In this document: positions 63,040-64,000 of the stretch, piece after piece
Layout: every line of letters starts with the position of its first letter
Position numbering within the stretch: position 1 is the stretch's first letter
Assembly (NCBI RefSeq): GCF_009834535.1
Contig: NC_045707.1
Span: 55,678,001 to 55,742,000, forward strand
Origin: Camelus ferus
Taxonomy: Eukaryota
Reading direction: 5' to 3'
DNA length: 64,000 nt
Program-made: the position numbers and the translations under genes
The notes under the pieces: generated by a model
Told to the model about the DNA's origin: nothing
Database searches by the model: none
Seen by the model: only the letters and a program-made list of their open reading frames with translations

Positions 63040-64000
63040 AGATTGACTTCCATTTTCAGCAGTATGTCAGAGTGGTTATGCTAAGAAATCCTCCCGGTAC
63101 AGAATACCTAAGAGTAGTGCACAGAATGCTCATTAAACAAACAAACAAACAACCTTTTAAAAAATTTATTGATGAGCAGGCAGAAAATAAGGGAAATTCC
63201 CTGAAACCAGAATTATCAATAAAATAAAACCCATTAATCCCTGAAGCACTAGAACTGGCATTCCCAAGGATCTGATGTTAACTGAACAAAAGCCGCGTTT
63301 AGGAGAGCTTTAAAAAAGCTTAGGTCCCTGCAGGTTGGGAAGTCAGAAGGAGAACTCCACATAATGCTGGGCACCTGAAAGTCTTTCCACCTTGCAGGAT
63401 GTGACCAGAAATGATACTGTAAGTTCATCCTAATCCTTCCTCTTCCTGGACACAAAGGAAGGCTGCACTTCCCAGGCTCCCTTGCAGCTGCAGTTTTTAC
63501 AGGGGGTGTGTGACAGCATTCTGGCCAGCAGGATGTGGGTGGGAGTGATGTTCTCCATTTCTAGACCCGGCTCTCCTAAGGCCATGTATTCCACATAGTA
63601 AAGTTTACAAGTGGCAGGACAGCCCACTCCACATCAGATTTGGCATGAGGGAAATAAACCTTCATTCTCTTAAGCCATCGAAATTTGGGGGTTTATTTTT
63701 AACTACGCTTAAGTCTAATAATTTTGATTATTAAAATAATTGAACCGGGGGAAAAAAAACTTGCTCCAGGGAGAGAAATAATGGGAACAACTGCCTCAAT
63801 AGGATACGGTGCTGAAATTAATACTCTCAGGTACTGTGAAGAAAAAAAAATGTCCAAGGGAAAAATTAGTTTAGAGTGGCCTCAAATTGTTAGACACCCC
63901 AGGTACATTGCAGATGAAATGCAAATTTTCCCTCTGCGGATGTTCAATCTAGGATCAAATATTCTCAAAGACAGAATGCCAGGATTATATTACAAATAAA
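63040..64000 (+). mobile_element. Possible ancient L1 5' region, interrupted by MLT1
   Basis: GACTTCCATTTTCAGCAGTATG..AAATCCTCCC.. resembles old L1M 5' UTR starts; weak. Confidence 0.35.
63400..63733 (+). mobile_element. MaLR LTR (MLT1I/J-like)
   Basis: CTCTTCCTGGACAC..CTGCACTTCCCAGGCTCCCTTGCAG..TTCTGGCCAG..GAAATAAACCTTCATT..TTAAGCCATCGAAATTTGGGG. Confidence 0.75.

Noticed and set aside
401..63999. The many 60-164 aa ORFs as protein-coding genes
   Set aside because: Short, low-complexity and often with non-ATG starts; many lie within repeats. Only the L1 ORF2 and Tigger1 fragments resemble known proteins, and these are disrupted.

Overview
AT-rich, repeat-dense placental-mammal genomic DNA (intergenic or deep-intronic). 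It is probably camelid: two short tRNA-derived SINEs resemble the camelid type as I recall it, and I see no Alu, B1/B2, BovB/Bov-tA, PRE or CAN SINEs. I recognise no intact host protein-coding gene, RNA gene, CRISPR array or prokaryotic system. The ORF track is mostly noise; the exceptions are decayed L1 ORF2 pieces and a Tigger1 transposase fragment. The window is a layered transposon record. Ancient MIR, L2, MaLR, hAT and Tigger relics are overlain by seven ERV1-type LTRs. One is a 7.4 kb non-coding provirus (51266-58707, MER34-like LTRs, tRNA-Ser primer-binding site) whose 3' LTR is split by an internally deleted but both-ends-retained L1, which itself carries a SINE. Other points of interest are a candidate 15-nt minus-strand microexon, a few other unverified exon-like segments, template-switch-like palindromes and a 3-copy tandem repeat. 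Repeat family names come from recalled consensus features, not a database search, and boundaries of old elements are approximate. I found no convincing previously undescribed biological system.
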